In this document: positions 34,580 through 44,265 of the stretch, in pieces | Layout: every line of letters starts with the position of its first letter | Position numbering within the stretch: the stretch's first letter is position 1 | Source of the DNA: a phage | Assembly (NCBI GenBank): GCA_019338205.1 | Contig: GCA_019338205.1_4761.1 | Length of the DNA stretch: 64,000 nucleotides | Strand: one strand, 5' to 3' | Translations under genes and position numbers: made by a program | The notes under the pieces: model-generated | Seen by the model: only the letters and a program-made list of their open reading frames with translations | Database searches by the model: none | What the model was told of the DNA's origin: nothing

Positions 34580-34888
34580 ATGTTTATCTCTTCTGCTACT
34601 CCAGTTAAAGTTTACGGCGAAACTGTGTATCTTCCGGCTGGCTATCGCTATGTTATCGTTGACCGTCACGGTGTAGTGTATGCTTTTAAAGGCCGTCCGG
34701 TTGAGATTGATTCTGAATACGGTACATGGGGATATAAAGCCGCATACATGGATATTCCTGATTTGGGAGTACGTTTAGGAAGATTTGATAATGATGTTAA
34801 ACCATGCTTGATTAAGTATGCATCCTATGGTAAAACTGTTAAACCAAATAGCGTCGGCTGGATTGATGACGGCGTTAACGTGAAATAA
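34580..34888 (+). CDS. hypothetical protein (102 aa)
   Basis: ATG with SD GAGGAT. Confidence 0.45.
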   Translation: MFISSATPVKVYGETVYLPAGYRYVIVDRHGVVYAFKGRPVEIDSEYGTWGYKAAYMDIPDLGVRLGRFDNDVKPCLIKYASYGKTVKPNSVGWIDDGVNVK

Positions 34889-34902
34889 TGTGAGGTGAAT
34901 TT

Positions 34903-35196
34903 ATGCTGTCTACTCGTAAAATGGTTGTTGGTGTCGCTGAAAATGCTTTAGAAATCGCTGATGAGGCTTTGACCGTCGCTTATGTTCGACGTGAAGAATT
35001 GCTATTGAAACACGCGGATCTATTGGTTGAACGGAAAGAGACTATGAAAGCTGGTAAAAGCACGCTCGCGATTGCCATTAAACTATCTGATAGTGAAGAT
35101 GAGATCGTGGAGATCCACACTAAGATCAAGGAAGTAGAAAAATACTCTGAAATGCTGCGACATAATCTTGATGAATTAGGGGTAAATCATGGCTAA
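34903..35196 (+). CDS. hypothetical protein (97 aa)
   Basis: ORF track. Confidence 0.4.
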   Translation: MLSTRKMVVGVAENALEIADEALTVAYVRREELLLKHADLLVERKETMKAGKSTLAIAIKLSDSEDEIVEIHTKIKEVEKYSEMLRHNLDELGVNHG

Positions 35197-35410
35197 GTTA
35201 CGATCTGGACGAGTTTTAACGCTGGCTGAACTGAAAGAAAAAGGTTTAGACCCTGATTCTGTAGGTATTAGACCTATTAATTACATTCTGTTTCTAGAGG
35301 GTAAACTCTTTACTAATGCTCATCCAGCATTAAATGCACCACATTTTTATAAGTGCAATGACTTTAACGGCTATATCGTTCCAGAATATTTCTTAGAATT
35401 TGATGATTAG
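35189..35410 (+). CDS. hypothetical protein (73 aa)
   Basis: ORF track. Confidence 0.4.
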   Translation: MAKLRSGRVLTLAELKEKGLDPDSVGIRPINYILFLEGKLFTNAHPALNAPHFYKCNDFNGYIVPEYFLEFDD

Positions 35411-35696
35411 TATAAAACACTCACCGACCGGAAAGGGGTCGGTGATCTTCAATGATGATAAACCGTTAATCTTAATTCGAAATGGTGACTGGACATTACA
35501 TTATACCCGTGTTACTATCCATTCACCGCCTAAAGAGATTCAACGGGAATTGGTTAGGATTGCCCTAACCGATAAGCATAAAGAGGCGGTGGGCTATTCT
35601 CTTTTGAAGTTGGGTGTTGACTTTCCTTTCGAGTATACGCTAACATTCAGAGAGCAGTCAGTGAAGCTAACAGAGATTCTATTCTCTGAGATATGA
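35400..35696 (+). CDS. hypothetical protein (98 aa)
   Basis: ORF track. Confidence 0.4.
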   Translation: MMISIKHSPTGKGSVIFNDDKPLILIRNGDWTLHYTRVTIHSPPKEIQRELVRIALTDKHKEAVGYSLLKLGVDFPFEYTLTFREQSVKLTEILFSEI

Positions 35697-35706
35697 GGAT
35701 TATATA

Positions 35707-36138
35707 ATGGTTTATCCAACTCCTAGTAAGATTTACATTGACGATACTCATTTTCTTGTTGAAATTATGGGTATCAAGTTTAGCGGTAATGTTAAAATTG
35801 TAGAATGGGAATTACACGGTCAACCTGTAACCGATTATGACCATTATATCCCTTTCGGTGGCGATGATAACTTTGTTTCATTTGACCATGAAGGTTACAT
35901 GAACTTTGAGCAAGACGATGTACCTTTGTATCTGGCAATGATGGATATTCCTATTAAAACAGAATATACAGAGGGCGATTGCGATTGTTGCGGATACTAC
36001 AGCGTAACAGATATTAAGCTGCCATCCGGTAAAGAACTTTACAAAGAGGATCATTTCGGAAACTGCAATTTTCCTTGCGGCTGGCAAGAATTTTTCGAAC
36101 TTGTAGAGATTGAGCGAACTTATTTGAGGAAGGGATAA
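35707..36138 (+). CDS. hypothetical Cys-rich protein (143 aa)
   Basis: ORF track; SD GAGGAT. Confidence 0.45.
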   Translation: MVYPTPSKIYIDDTHFLVEIMGIKFSGNVKIVEWELHGQPVTDYDHYIPFGGDDNFVSFDHEGYMNFEQDDVPLYLAMMDIPIKTEYTEGDCDCCGYYSVTDIKLPSGKELYKEDHFGNCNFPCGWQEFFELVEIERTYLRKG

Positions 36139-36950
36139 TGAAGAAAGCATTAGGTTTAATTCCCTATACTGGCAATAAGGAAAAGCTATTGCCAGGTGTT
36201 AGTAAGTATTTCCCTAAGCACTATAACCGCTTTGTTGATGCCTTTTGTGGCGGCTTGAGCGTGTCTCTGTACGTCGAAGGTGATGTGCTAGCTAATGACT
36301 ATGACCATCGTTTAATTGACGCTTACAAGGCCATTGATGCGTGTCCTGATCCGGTTTCTACAATCAAGCGGATTATTTCCGAGAATGGTTTGTCTCGTGA
36401 TGATAAAGATGCTTACATGGCATTCCGTAAGAAGTATAACGAGAATCCAGATCCGCTATCGCTGTTTGTGTTGATTCAGCATAGTTTTAGCAACATTAAC
36501 CGCCATAATCGCAAAGGTGAATTTAATGCTAACTTTGGTCGCCGGACTTTTAACGAAAACGCGGTAGAGCGTGTCCTGAATTTTAAAGAAGAAAACAAAG
36601 ATGGTCGAATCAATTTTACTTCTGGACGATATGACGAGATCGAGATCTTGCCAGGTGATTTCGTTTATTTGGACCCGCCGTACCTTATCACTTCTGCTGA
36701 ATATAATAAGTTCTGGAGTGACGAGGAAGAGATTAAATTCTATCGGTGGGTAGAATCTATTATGGCGCGTGGTTTTCAGTTTGGTATCAGTAATGTCACG
36801 CATCATAAGGGAAATGTAAATGATCATCTTCTTGACTTTATCAAGCGGAATGATTTAAACTGCGTCCTGTTGAATAAGACCTATTGCCTAGACCGTTCAG
36901 GCGGCAAGTCTTCTGATACGCAAGAAGTTTATGTAACTAACGTAGATTGA
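36138..36950 (+). CDS. dam: DNA adenine methyltransferase (Dam, N6-adenine)
   Basis: FCGGLSV SAM-binding motif and DPPY catalytic motif. Confidence 0.9.
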   Translation: MKKALGLIPYTGNKEKLLPGVSKYFPKHYNRFVDAFCGGLSVSLYVEGDVLANDYDHRLIDAYKAIDACPDPVSTIKRIISENGLSRDDKDAYMAFRKKYNENPDPLSLFVLIQHSFSNINRHNRKGEFNANFGRRTFNENAVERVLNFKEENKDGRINFTSGRYDEIEILPGDFVYLDPPYLITSAEYNKFWSDEEEIKFYRWVESIMARGFQFGISNVTHHKGNVNDHLLDFIKRNDLNCVLLNKTYCLDRSGGKSSDTQEVYVTNVD

Positions 36951-36958
36951 GGTATAAT

Positions 36959-37240
36959 ATGGTAGAAATTTTTGGTTTTGAAGGTTACAACTGTAAGTAT
37001 TGCCAGAATGCAAAGCGCCTTTGTGAATCGCGTAAGATCCCTTACATCTACATTCCGGTTAATGATGGTGTGGACGAAAACGGTCGCCCTGTAAAGATTG
37101 ATTCTATCATTGCCGATATTCAGGATCGCGCAGGGGTAGAAGTTATTGCCACCATGCCGCAGATTTTCTATGATGGTGATTATATTGGTGGCTTTGATGA
37201 GTTCCGATCCTTTGTAGTCAAAAACAAGATTCATGGTTAA
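36959..37240 (+). CDS. nrdC: glutaredoxin-like protein NrdC
   Basis: CKYC active site; MPQIFYDGDYIGGFDEF glutaredoxin motif. Confidence 0.8.
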   Translation: MVEIFGFEGYNCKYCQNAKRLCESRKIPYIYIPVNDGVDENGRPVKIDSIIADIQDRAGVEVIATMPQIFYDGDYIGGFDEFRSFVVKNKIHG

Positions 37241-37264
37241 ATACCTTCTTTGGAGGGTGAATTT

Positions 37265-37738
37265 ATGTTACTGACTGCTAAGAGTGCTAAAGAGTACAAA
37301 CAAGAACTATTCGAAAAACAGGGGGGCATTTGCCCCCTTTGTCAATTGCCACTTTTTGAGGATATGAGCAAAAACCATCTTGACCACGACCACGATCTAG
37401 ATGGTAAAGGTCAAGGCCGCGTAAGAGGATTGCTTCATTCGTGTTGTAACCGCTTAGAAGGATCGTTGACCGGAGACTTTAAACGGTTTGGTGTTGGTGC
37501 TTTAGGTGCTGACTTCGTTGTTTGGGCTACAAACTATGTTAATTACATCAAAGGAGACTACACCAACAATCATTTACATCCTCAATATGCTGTTGATAAA
37601 GTAAAACGATTTTCACGCTTGACACGCGCGGAGATGGTTGCTATTATGGACGCAGAAGGTTTCGATTACTGCGACGCTGATACACGAGAAGAGATCACGA
37701 AGAAGTATAAGAAACAATTTATACAAAGATTAAGATAG
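37265..37738 (+). CDS. 49: endonuclease VII (Holliday junction resolvase, gp49)
   Basis: MLLTAKS...CPLCQ...NHLDHDHDLDG...VRGLLHSCCN matches T4 endo VII. Confidence 0.9.
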   Translation: MLLTAKSAKEYKQELFEKQGGICPLCQLPLFEDMSKNHLDHDHDLDGKGQGRVRGLLHSCCNRLEGSLTGDFKRFGVGALGADFVVWATNYVNYIKGDYTNNHLHPQYAVDKVKRFSRLTRAEMVAIMDAEGFDYCDADTREEITKKYKKQFIQRLR

Positions 37739-37741
37739 TAG

Positions 37742-37770
37742 TTGACAATAAGAAATGGGAGTAGTAAAAT
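37742..37770 (+). promoter_or_regulatory. early promoter cassette with hairpin enclosing -10 (TTGACA-N17-TAAAAT)
   Basis: TTGACA 37742-37747; gggagt/actccc stem around TAAAAT 37765-37770. Confidence 0.5.
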
Positions 37771-37801
37771 ACTCCCATCTAATCAAGAAGGAGAATCAAC
37801 A

Positions 37802-38074
37802 ATGCGTAAGATGTTTAAATCCGGTGTGGCCTATGTTTTTAAATCTGAGCAAGCACGTAAAGACTTCCTAGAGGATGACTACGAAGGATTGAAAGATACC
37901 TACGAAGTCATCAAGAATGGGTTTACTGTTCTTAAAGTGTCACCTATTGGTTATGTAAGTGAAATCTCGGTTGATGGGAAAACATATACCGCTAAAGACT
38001 TTGATCCGCGTTGGGAATTTATGCTTCTTCCGTGTGACCGCATTCTGTTTCGTGCTGTTCAATTAGTGAAATGA
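37802..38074 (+). CDS. single-domain member of nrdD-flanking multigene family
   Basis: GFTVLKV...W...DRILFRAV module shared with ORFs 38089-46583. Confidence 0.5.
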   Translation: MRKMFKSGVAYVFKSEQARKDFLEDDYEGLKDTYEVIKNGFTVLKVSPIGYVSEISVDGKTYTAKDFDPRWEFMLLPCDRILFRAVQLVK

Positions 38075-38088
38075 TAGAGGATTATATT

Positions 38089-38649
38089 ATGGTACAGAAA
38101 ACATACAAAGTATATTCGGTTAAGTCACCCAATGACGCTGTTTTTGAACGAGGTCGTTACTATACTTTCCGTAGTGCAGAAACAGTCGCAGAATTTATCA
38201 AACGATGTCCGCAACATAATAAGTTCTTGTATGACGTGCTTTGTAACGGCTTTAAAGTTCTCACTGTTGATGCGATGGGGCGTGTGTATCTGGTAGAAAC
38301 TCATGAGTATGAAGGTGCATCTGTTCTGATTGCTGCAAACGAGCGAAAATACTTTAAACGCATCACTAAAAAGCAGTTTGAAGAAATGAAACCAATTAAG
38401 AAAGAAGAATCTCTGGAAGATCTGATTAACTTGTTTGCGAAGTCTTCTTTGGTATCATTGACGCTGGAAGATTTTAGCTTTGATAATCAGCTATACTTTA
38501 AAAATGCCGATGACTTGAAAGATTTTCTGATTGAGAATAAACCTAAGCTAGAAACCTATATCAAAGGTGAGATTAAGCGCATGGAACATCAAGCAAAATA
38601 TAGCGCAGATAAAGTAGCTGAACTGAAAGAGATCCAAAGGTCACTTTAA
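38089..38649 (+). CDS. nrdD-flanking multigene family protein (beta-module plus helical tail)
   Basis: GFKVLTVD...ERKYFKRI module; C-terminal LKDFL...PKL helical segment. Confidence 0.5.
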   Translation: MVQKTYKVYSVKSPNDAVFERGRYYTFRSAETVAEFIKRCPQHNKFLYDVLCNGFKVLTVDAMGRVYLVETHEYEGASVLIAANERKYFKRITKKQFEEMKPIKKEESLEDLINLFAKSSLVSLTLEDFSFDNQLYFKNADDLKDFLIENKPKLETYIKGEIKRMEHQAKYSADKVAELKEIQRSL

Positions 38650-38652
38650 CGC

Positions 38653-38681
38653 TTGACATGATGAAACGGGAGTAGTAAGAT
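38653..38681 (+). promoter_or_regulatory. early promoter cassette with hairpin enclosing -10 (TTGACA-N17-TAAGAT)
   Basis: TTGACA 38653-38658; gggagt/actccc stem around TAAGAT 38676-38681. Confidence 0.5.
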
Positions 38682-38712
38682 ACTCCCATCTAAACAACGA
38701 GAGGATTATATT

Positions 38713-39891
38713 ATGGCTAAATTCTTTGAAGGGCATTACTACGCATTCCGTGAAGGCGGTAAAGATGAGTTTCTAGACTTTTCTCGCTATTCAATTACTC
38801 TGACCGATACTTCGCGCCGTGGTCATATTCGGGTTGCTGAAATTGTAGAAAAGGGCTTTAAAGTATTAGAAAAAGATGACCACGGTCATGTTGTTACTAT
38901 TGAAGCTGGAGATGTAGTTTATTCCGCTGAGGATATCGTTTATTATTGGGCTACTATGATTATGCACAATGAGCGCAAATACTTTAAACGCATCTCAAAA
39001 GAGGCATACGAAGCGATGAACAAGAAAGAGGATGCAATGCCGACTTACTTTGAAAAAGGTAAATGTTATTCGTTTACCCCGGAAGGTTTGCAAGAATTTA
39101 AGCGATTCTGGGGAGAGCATGATCCAGAGCACAAAGAAGCCATGAAACTTGTTGATTTTGTCGAATATGGCTTTTTAGTTGAAGAAGAATTGCACGGATC
39201 GGCTACCATGATCACCGCGAAAGGTGAAACTGTTAAGGCGGATCGTTTTTGTGACCAATGGAATTGCTTGTTTGACGGTAGCGAATTTGAATACTTCGCG
39301 GAAATCACGCGAGTTGAATATGTCCGTATGCAAGAGCGTGGTCAGAGATTTAAAGTAGGCGAACGATACAAGCCAAATCCACATAATTTGCCTCATTGGT
39401 TTAATACTGAAACCGTATCCAGTCATGTTATTGAAATTATTAAAACGCTGGAACATGGATTTAAGGTAACTAAAGTAGATTCTTTCGGAAGTGTTGACGC
39501 TGTTGAAGTTGATGGTGTAGAATATACTCCTAAATCTTTCGGGCTTTGCTGGTATCACCTGATCAGCAATGATGAACGTTATTACTTTGTTGAACTGCCA
39601 TCTGAACCGGAAGAAGCACTAGAAGATCATGATCATCTGTCTGAACTGGTTAAGCTGTTTGGTGATCTGCCGGATGGTGTAGGGGTGGCGGTAATGGGTG
39701 AAGGTGCTGTTATCCGAAACCTGAAAGACTTTAAAAAGTTCTTGATTGACATGCTGCCTAAACTTGATGATAATCTCGATAAAGATATTCAGAATCGCAA
39801 AGAAATTGTTAAAGATACTGAAAAAGAGATCGAAGAGATTCGAGCAATTCGCCAGAAGGTGAAAGCAGTAAAGAAAAAAGTTAGTTCTTGA
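38713..39891 (+). CDS. nrdD-flanking multigene family protein with three tandem modules
   Basis: three internal repeats each ending (E/D)R(K/Y)YF..(I/L) plus C-terminal LKDFKKFL...PKL helical tail. Confidence 0.5.
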   Translation: MAKFFEGHYYAFREGGKDEFLDFSRYSITLTDTSRRGHIRVAEIVEKGFKVLEKDDHGHVVTIEAGDVVYSAEDIVYYWATMIMHNERKYFKRISKEAYEAMNKKEDAMPTYFEKGKCYSFTPEGLQEFKRFWGEHDPEHKEAMKLVDFVEYGFLVEEELHGSATMITAKGETVKADRFCDQWNCLFDGSEFEYFAEITRVEYVRMQERGQRFKVGERYKPNPHNLPHWFNTETVSSHVIEIIKTLEHGFKVTKVDSFGSVDAVEVDGVEYTPKSFGLCWYHLISNDERYYFVELPSEPEEALEDHDHLSELVKLFGDLPDGVGVAVMGEGAVIRNLKDFKKFLIDMLPKLDDNLDKDIQNRKEIVKDTEKEIEEIRAIRQKVKAVKKKVSS

Positions 39892-39915
39892 CATGCGAAG
39901 GGAGTATGCTATAAT
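39888..39915 (+). promoter_or_regulatory. early promoter cassette TTGACA-N16-TATAAT flanked by gggagt/actccc
   Basis: TTGACA 39888-39893 overlaps upstream stop; TATAAT 39910-39915 inside hairpin loop. Confidence 0.55.
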
Positions 39916-39945
39916 ACTCCCACTTAACAACGAGAGGATTATATT

Positions 39946-40440
39946 ATGTGGGTACAAGATGTTTGGTATACTGTAACTAAAGAAAACCTTGACGCATTCA
40001 GCGACCAATCTTGCGCTAATAGCTCAATTGCTGATATTCTTGAAGATGTGTTTGGTGGTGTAGATAAAATTCGTTTTAAAGTTGTTGTTAATTCTATGGG
40101 GTGTGTAAAAGACCTATATACCGATGATAAAGACCTTGATCTTAAACTTCATCTTCGTATTGATAATGCAAGTCTAGGTTATTGGTTTGAAGATAACGAG
40201 TATGAATACTTCACACCAGCAATTAAAGTTTTTGCAACTAAACTGGAAGCTGTACTAAATCTCCGACCAATTAATGTTGACGGTTACATTATCAAAAATA
40301 TTCAGGAGTGGGATTCATATCTAGATCAGATTATCCGAAATAGTAAGCAGGAAGCCGCTAATAAGAAGCGACAAGAGATCAAACAACTGAAAGCTGAACT
40401 GGAAGCGGCGGAAAAAGAATTAGCAGAACTGGTAAAATAA
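39946..40440 (+). CDS. hypothetical protein with C-terminal coiled coil (possible family member)
   Basis: ORF track; C-terminal helical/coiled-coil segment similar to family tails. Confidence 0.4.
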   Translation: MWVQDVWYTVTKENLDAFSDQSCANSSIADILEDVFGGVDKIRFKVVVNSMGCVKDLYTDDKDLDLKLHLRIDNASLGYWFEDNEYEYFTPAIKVFATKLEAVLNLRPINVDGYIIKNIQEWDSYLDQIIRNSKQEAANKKRQEIKQLKAELEAAEKELAELVK

Positions 40441-40450
40441 CTATCAACGA

Positions 40451-40471
40451 GCGGGAGAAATCCCGCTTTTT
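40451..40471 (+). terminator. intrinsic terminator
   Basis: gcggga-gaaa-tcccgc hairpin plus TTTTT. Confidence 0.7.
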
Positions 40472-40484
40472 CATAGGTGATACA

Positions 40485-42347
40485 ATGGAAAAACTAATCA
40501 AAGACATTACAGAGATCGCAACGGGTAAAGAAAACGAAGTAAGCAAAGAGAACGCGAACAAAGACGCGCGAACATTCCCGACACGTCGAGATCTGATTGC
40601 TGGTGCTGTGTCTAAACAGATTGCTAAAACCGTGTTACCTGAGCACATCTATAAAGCGCATGTAGACGGTGATATTCATTATCATGATATGGATTATGCA
40701 CCCGCTATGCCGTTTACTAACTGCTGTCTTGTTAATCTAAAAGACATGTTAGAGAATGGTTTTAAATTGGGTAGCGCACAAATCGAAAGTCCGAAATCAA
40801 TCGGCGTTGCTTGTGCTGTAACCGCTCAAATTATCGCACAGGTGGCAAGTCATCAATATGGCGGGACCACAATTGCAAATATCGATCAGGTGTTAGCGCC
40901 GTATGTTGAGAAAACATATCATAAACACCTTGCTGATGCCGAAACCTACGGAATCAAAGCTAATACTCTCTATGCACAAGAGAAGACAGAAAAAGAAACG
41001 CTAGACGGATATCAGGCGTTGGAATATGAGATCAACACTTTGTTCTCTACCAACGGTCAAACACCTTTTGTGACTTTAACCTTTGGTATGGGTACTAGCT
41101 GGGAAGAAAAACTGATTCAGAAAGCGATCTTGAAAGTTAGAATTAAAGGTTTAGGTAAAGATGGTATAACTCCGGTGTTTCCTAAGCTGGTGATGTTCTT
41201 AGAAGAAGGATTAAACCTTAAACCGGAAGATCCGAACTACGACATTAAGCAACTTGCATTGGAATGTTCTAGTAAGCGTCTTTACCCTGATTATATCTCT
41301 GCGAAGAATAACCGTAGTATCACCGGATCTAGTGTTCCGGTTAGCCCGATGGGTTGTCGTAGCTTCCTGGGTGTGTGGCATAATGAGAAAGACGAGGAAG
41401 TATTAGACGGACGTAATAACTTAGGTGTTGTGACTCTGAATCTTCCGCGTATTGCCCTTATTGCCTCGCGTCGTGCTGGTAAAGCGTCTGTAATGCGCAG
41501 AATTGAGCTATTCGAACAAGAGCTAGCTAATCGTATGCCTATTTGCTTTGATGCGCTCATGAGTCGCGTAGACGCTTTAAAAGGGGCTAAAGCCAATGTT
41601 GCTCCGGTGCTGTATACAGAAGGTGCATTTTTCCGTATTCATCAAAACGATGAAATTTTGGAAGTGCTGAAAGATGGTCGCGCTAGTATCTCTCTTGGAT
41701 ATATTGGTTTACATGAGGTATTGAGCGTCCTGTTTGGTGTTCATCCGTTTGATTCGGAAGATGCGCAGCGATACGGTAAACATATTCTTAAGATCTTGCG
41801 TCATTATACTGAAAAATGGAAGGATGAAACCGGACTTGGGTTTAGTCTTTACGGTACGCCAGCCGAGAGCCTTTGCTATCGATTTAATCGACTGGATCGA
41901 GAGCAATTTGGTATTGTTAAGGGTGCTACCGATAAAGACTGGTACACTAACTCATTCCACCTTGACGTAGACCGGAAAGTCACACCATTTGAGAAAATCG
42001 ACTTTGAGAAAGATTATCACTGGCTGGCGTCCGGTGGCATGATCTCTTATGTTGAGTTCCCAGACATGAAAAACAACCTGAAAGGTCTTGAAACTGTAGT
42101 AGACTATGCAATGGATAAATTGCACTACTTCGGTGTTAATACTCCTTCTGATGTATGTCATGTATGCGGATCTAATAAGGAAATGAGAGCGACCGAGTCT
42201 GGTTTTGTTTGCCCTGATTGCGGCAATGACAATCTGGAAAAGATGAATGTTATCCGTCGCGTTAGTGGATATCTTGGATCTGTTGATCTGCGTCCATTTA
42301 ACCACGGGAAACATTCCGAGATGGTAAACCGCGTTAAGCACATGTAA
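40485..42347 (+). CDS. nrdD: anaerobic ribonucleoside-triphosphate reductase NrdD (intron-less)
   Basis: 620 aa; C-terminal Zn ribbon CHVCG...CPDCG and glycyl radical motif RVSGYLG. Confidence 0.93.
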   Translation: MEKLIKDITEIATGKENEVSKENANKDARTFPTRRDLIAGAVSKQIAKTVLPEHIYKAHVDGDIHYHDMDYAPAMPFTNCCLVNLKDMLENGFKLGSAQIESPKSIGVACAVTAQIIAQVASHQYGGTTIANIDQVLAPYVEKTYHKHLADAETYGIKANTLYAQEKTEKETLDGYQALEYEINTLFSTNGQTPFVTLTFGMGTSWEEKLIQKAILKVRIKGLGKDGITPVFPKLVMFLEEGLNLKPEDPNYDIKQLALECSSKRLYPDYISAKNNRSITGSSVPVSPMGCRSFLGVWHNEKDEEVLDGRNNLGVVTLNLPRIALIASRRAGKASVMRRIELFEQELANRMPICFDALMSRVDALKGAKANVAPVLYTEGAFFRIHQNDEILEVLKDGRASISLGYIGLHEVLSVLFGVHPFDSEDAQRYGKHILKILRHYTEKWKDETGLGFSLYGTPAESLCYRFNRLDREQFGIVKGATDKDWYTNSFHLDVDRKVTPFEKIDFEKDYHWLASGGMISYVEFPDMKNNLKGLETVVDYAMDKLHYFGVNTPSDVCHVCGSNKEMRATESGFVCPDCGNDNLEKMNVIRRVSGYLGSVDLRPFNHGKHSEMVNRVKHM

Positions 42348-42353
42348 TTTTCA

Positions 42354-42384
42354 GCCGATCCGAAAGGGTCGGCTTTTTCGTTTT
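42354..42384 (+). terminator. intrinsic terminator
   Basis: gccgatcc-gaaag-ggtcggc hairpin plus TTTTTCGTTTT. Confidence 0.7.
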
Positions 42385-42390
42385 GGGGTG

Positions 42391-42418
42391 TTGACAACCT
42401 GATTAGCTAATGTATAAT
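42391..42418 (+). promoter_or_regulatory. early promoter cassette TTGACA-N16-TATAAT
   Basis: TTGACA 42391-42396, TATAAT 42413-42418, leader tcacatcgaaaacaacgagagg. Confidence 0.6.
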
Positions 42419-42447
42419 GCTCACATCGAAAACAACGAGAGGACAAC

Positions 42448-42990
42448 ATGATGATGATGTTTTGTGTACTGAGCAAAGAAGTTAAACTTCGTAAACTGGA
42501 AATTGGCGATGGTGTTGTTGTTAAAATGCACGCTAGCACATTGGCTAGTTTTAATTTAAAGGAAAGTTTTTTTATTAGAGGAACGGTGGTTAATATCTGC
42601 TGGAGTCAATGCGAAGGAATCCGTAGCTTTTGCGTAATTGACGATGATAATAACCTGTATGTGATTCGCTATCATAATAATTCTGTATTGGTCTATACCG
42701 ACAATTCACGAGAATTATATACTCTTGAATTTGTTAAGCGTACTGATTGCGACCTATTTGTTCGTGCTTATGAAGAAGATGGCTGTTTTGCGACTGAAAC
42801 AGAAACAAATGAATATGTTCCTATGGAAGTAGGGGCAGAAATTAAACACAAGATCACGGATCGTATTTTTAAGGTTGTGGCGGTTGCTCATACTCAATTT
42901 GTAGCGCAAGCGCCGGATGAAGAATTTATTATCTACAATATTGGTAATGCAAGTTCTCATTTTCATAATGTACTATATCGCGACCTTTGA
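42448..42990 (+). CDS. hypothetical early protein (starts MMMMFCVL)
   Basis: ORF track; cassette leader. Confidence 0.5.
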   Translation: MMMMFCVLSKEVKLRKLEIGDGVVVKMHASTLASFNLKESFFIRGTVVNICWSQCEGIRSFCVIDDDNNLYVIRYHNNSVLVYTDNSRELYTLEFVKRTDCDLFVRAYEEDGCFATETETNEYVPMEVGAEIKHKITDRIFKVVAVAHTQFVAQAPDEEFIIYNIGNASSHFHNVLYRDL

Positions 42991-43007
42991 TAATGTGTGA
43001 GGTGAAT

Positions 43008-43529
43008 ATGAAATCATTAAACCGTAAGCGTAAAGCACAACGACACAAAGAACGAGCTAAAAAGATTGCTATTGAACTCTGTGAGCGTGAGGATAGCTAT
43101 TTGTCTACTGGTCGTTTGTATACATTCCATGCATTGATTGATGGTAAGCCAGTGTTGCATAATCATGATTGCTTGGCACTGTTTCACGAGATCGAACCAA
43201 TCCATCGTGAATGTGATGACAACAAAGCAAAAGGTCAATATTTCCTTACGTGTTCGTGTGGTCATGCTGGTTGTGCTGGATATTGGGAACCTGTTACTAT
43301 CCGTGAGAAAAATGATACCATTCAATGGGTCGCCCGTACCCGCGATGGTTATGATAAAGGTGCTGATGGTACTGGCGATAACGTAGTTTACTTTAATCGT
43401 GATTGGTATTATATGGCGCGATGTATGATCCTGTTTTATCTTGACTCGATGCCGTATGAATATTTCAGTTTCCAGAATGGGACCGAACTGACAGGGAAGG
43501 AATGGTCTGAATACATTCGAAAAATTTAA
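43008..43529 (+). CDS. hypothetical Cys/His-rich protein (173 aa)
   Basis: ORF track frame; ATG 43008. Confidence 0.45.
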   Translation: MKSLNRKRKAQRHKERAKKIAIELCEREDSYLSTGRLYTFHALIDGKPVLHNHDCLALFHEIEPIHRECDDNKAKGQYFLTCSCGHAGCAGYWEPVTIREKNDTIQWVARTRDGYDKGADGTGDNVVYFNRDWYYMARCMILFYLDSMPYEYFSFQNGTELTGKEWSEYIRKI

Positions 43530-43538
43530 AATAAATGC

Positions 43539-43567
43539 TTGACGGGGATCGCGAGATCCCCTATACT
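43539..43567 (+). promoter_or_regulatory. early promoter cassette with spacer palindrome (TTGACG-gggatcgcgagatccc-TATACT)
   Basis: TTGACG 43539-43544; spacer palindrome; TATACT 43562-43567. Confidence 0.55.
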
Positions 43568-43609
43568 ATATTCATCAAGACGAGATACAACTTTACAGGA
43601 GAATCAAAT

Positions 43610-43762
43610 ATGTGGACTTTACTGATTTGGGAAACTGAAAACGCACAAGTAGAAATCCGTGAATACGAATACCTAAGCCCAGCTTATCTATTAGCATCTC
43701 GCGGTGGTTACTATAAAGCGCAGATTGTAAACGAGTTCGGGGTGATTGAATATGAGTTCTGA
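43610..43762 (+). CDS. small protein (50 aa)
   Basis: ATG after ggagaatcaaat leader. Confidence 0.4.
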   Translation: MWTLLIWETENAQVEIREYEYLSPAYLLASRGGYYKAQIVNEFGVIEYEF

Positions 43763-44255
43763 TACATACGGCAAACTACGCTATGCCGATATTAAAGATT
43801 GTGATATGGTTAACGGTGAGGGAGTGAGAGTCTCCCTTTACGTTACCGGATGTTCACACGCATGTGATGGTTGCTTTAATGCTAGCCTACTCAATCCTAA
43901 GAACGGGGAACCATTCACCGATGATACAATGGGATTGATTCTGGATCTGCTTAGACCTGATTTTATTCAGGGGCTAACATTCTTAGGTGGCGATCCACTG
44001 TATAAACGCAATTTAAAGGGTGTACAGCGGATCATCGATGAAGTAAAATCATGGATGCCAAATAAAGATATTTGGCTATGGTCTGGTTATACCCTTGACC
44101 AATTGAATGATGAGCAAAGAAAAATTGTAGAATCAGTTGACATGTTCATTGATGGGCGTTATATTAAAGATATGCCAACGAAGAAGCCGTGGCGGGGGTC
44201 TGACAATCAAGTACAATACAAGATTGTTAATAGTATTCCAGTGAAAATTATTTGA
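43752..44255 (+). CDS. nrdG: anaerobic ribonucleotide reductase activating protein NrdG (radical SAM)
   Basis: CSHACDGC (C-x3-C-x2-C) radical-SAM cluster motif; 167 aa. Confidence 0.9.
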   Translation: MSSDTYGKLRYADIKDCDMVNGEGVRVSLYVTGCSHACDGCFNASLLNPKNGEPFTDDTMGLILDLLRPDFIQGLTFLGGDPLYKRNLKGVQRIIDEVKSWMPNKDIWLWSGYTLDQLNDEQRKIVESVDMFIDGRYIKDMPTKKPWRGSDNQVQYKIVNSIPVKII

Positions 44256-44265
44256 GGTGATTATT

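Noticed and set aside
40485-42347. Group I intron with homing endonuclease in nrdD, as in T4
   Set aside because: The NrdD reading frame is continuous for 620 codons through the glycyl radical motif; no interruption seen.
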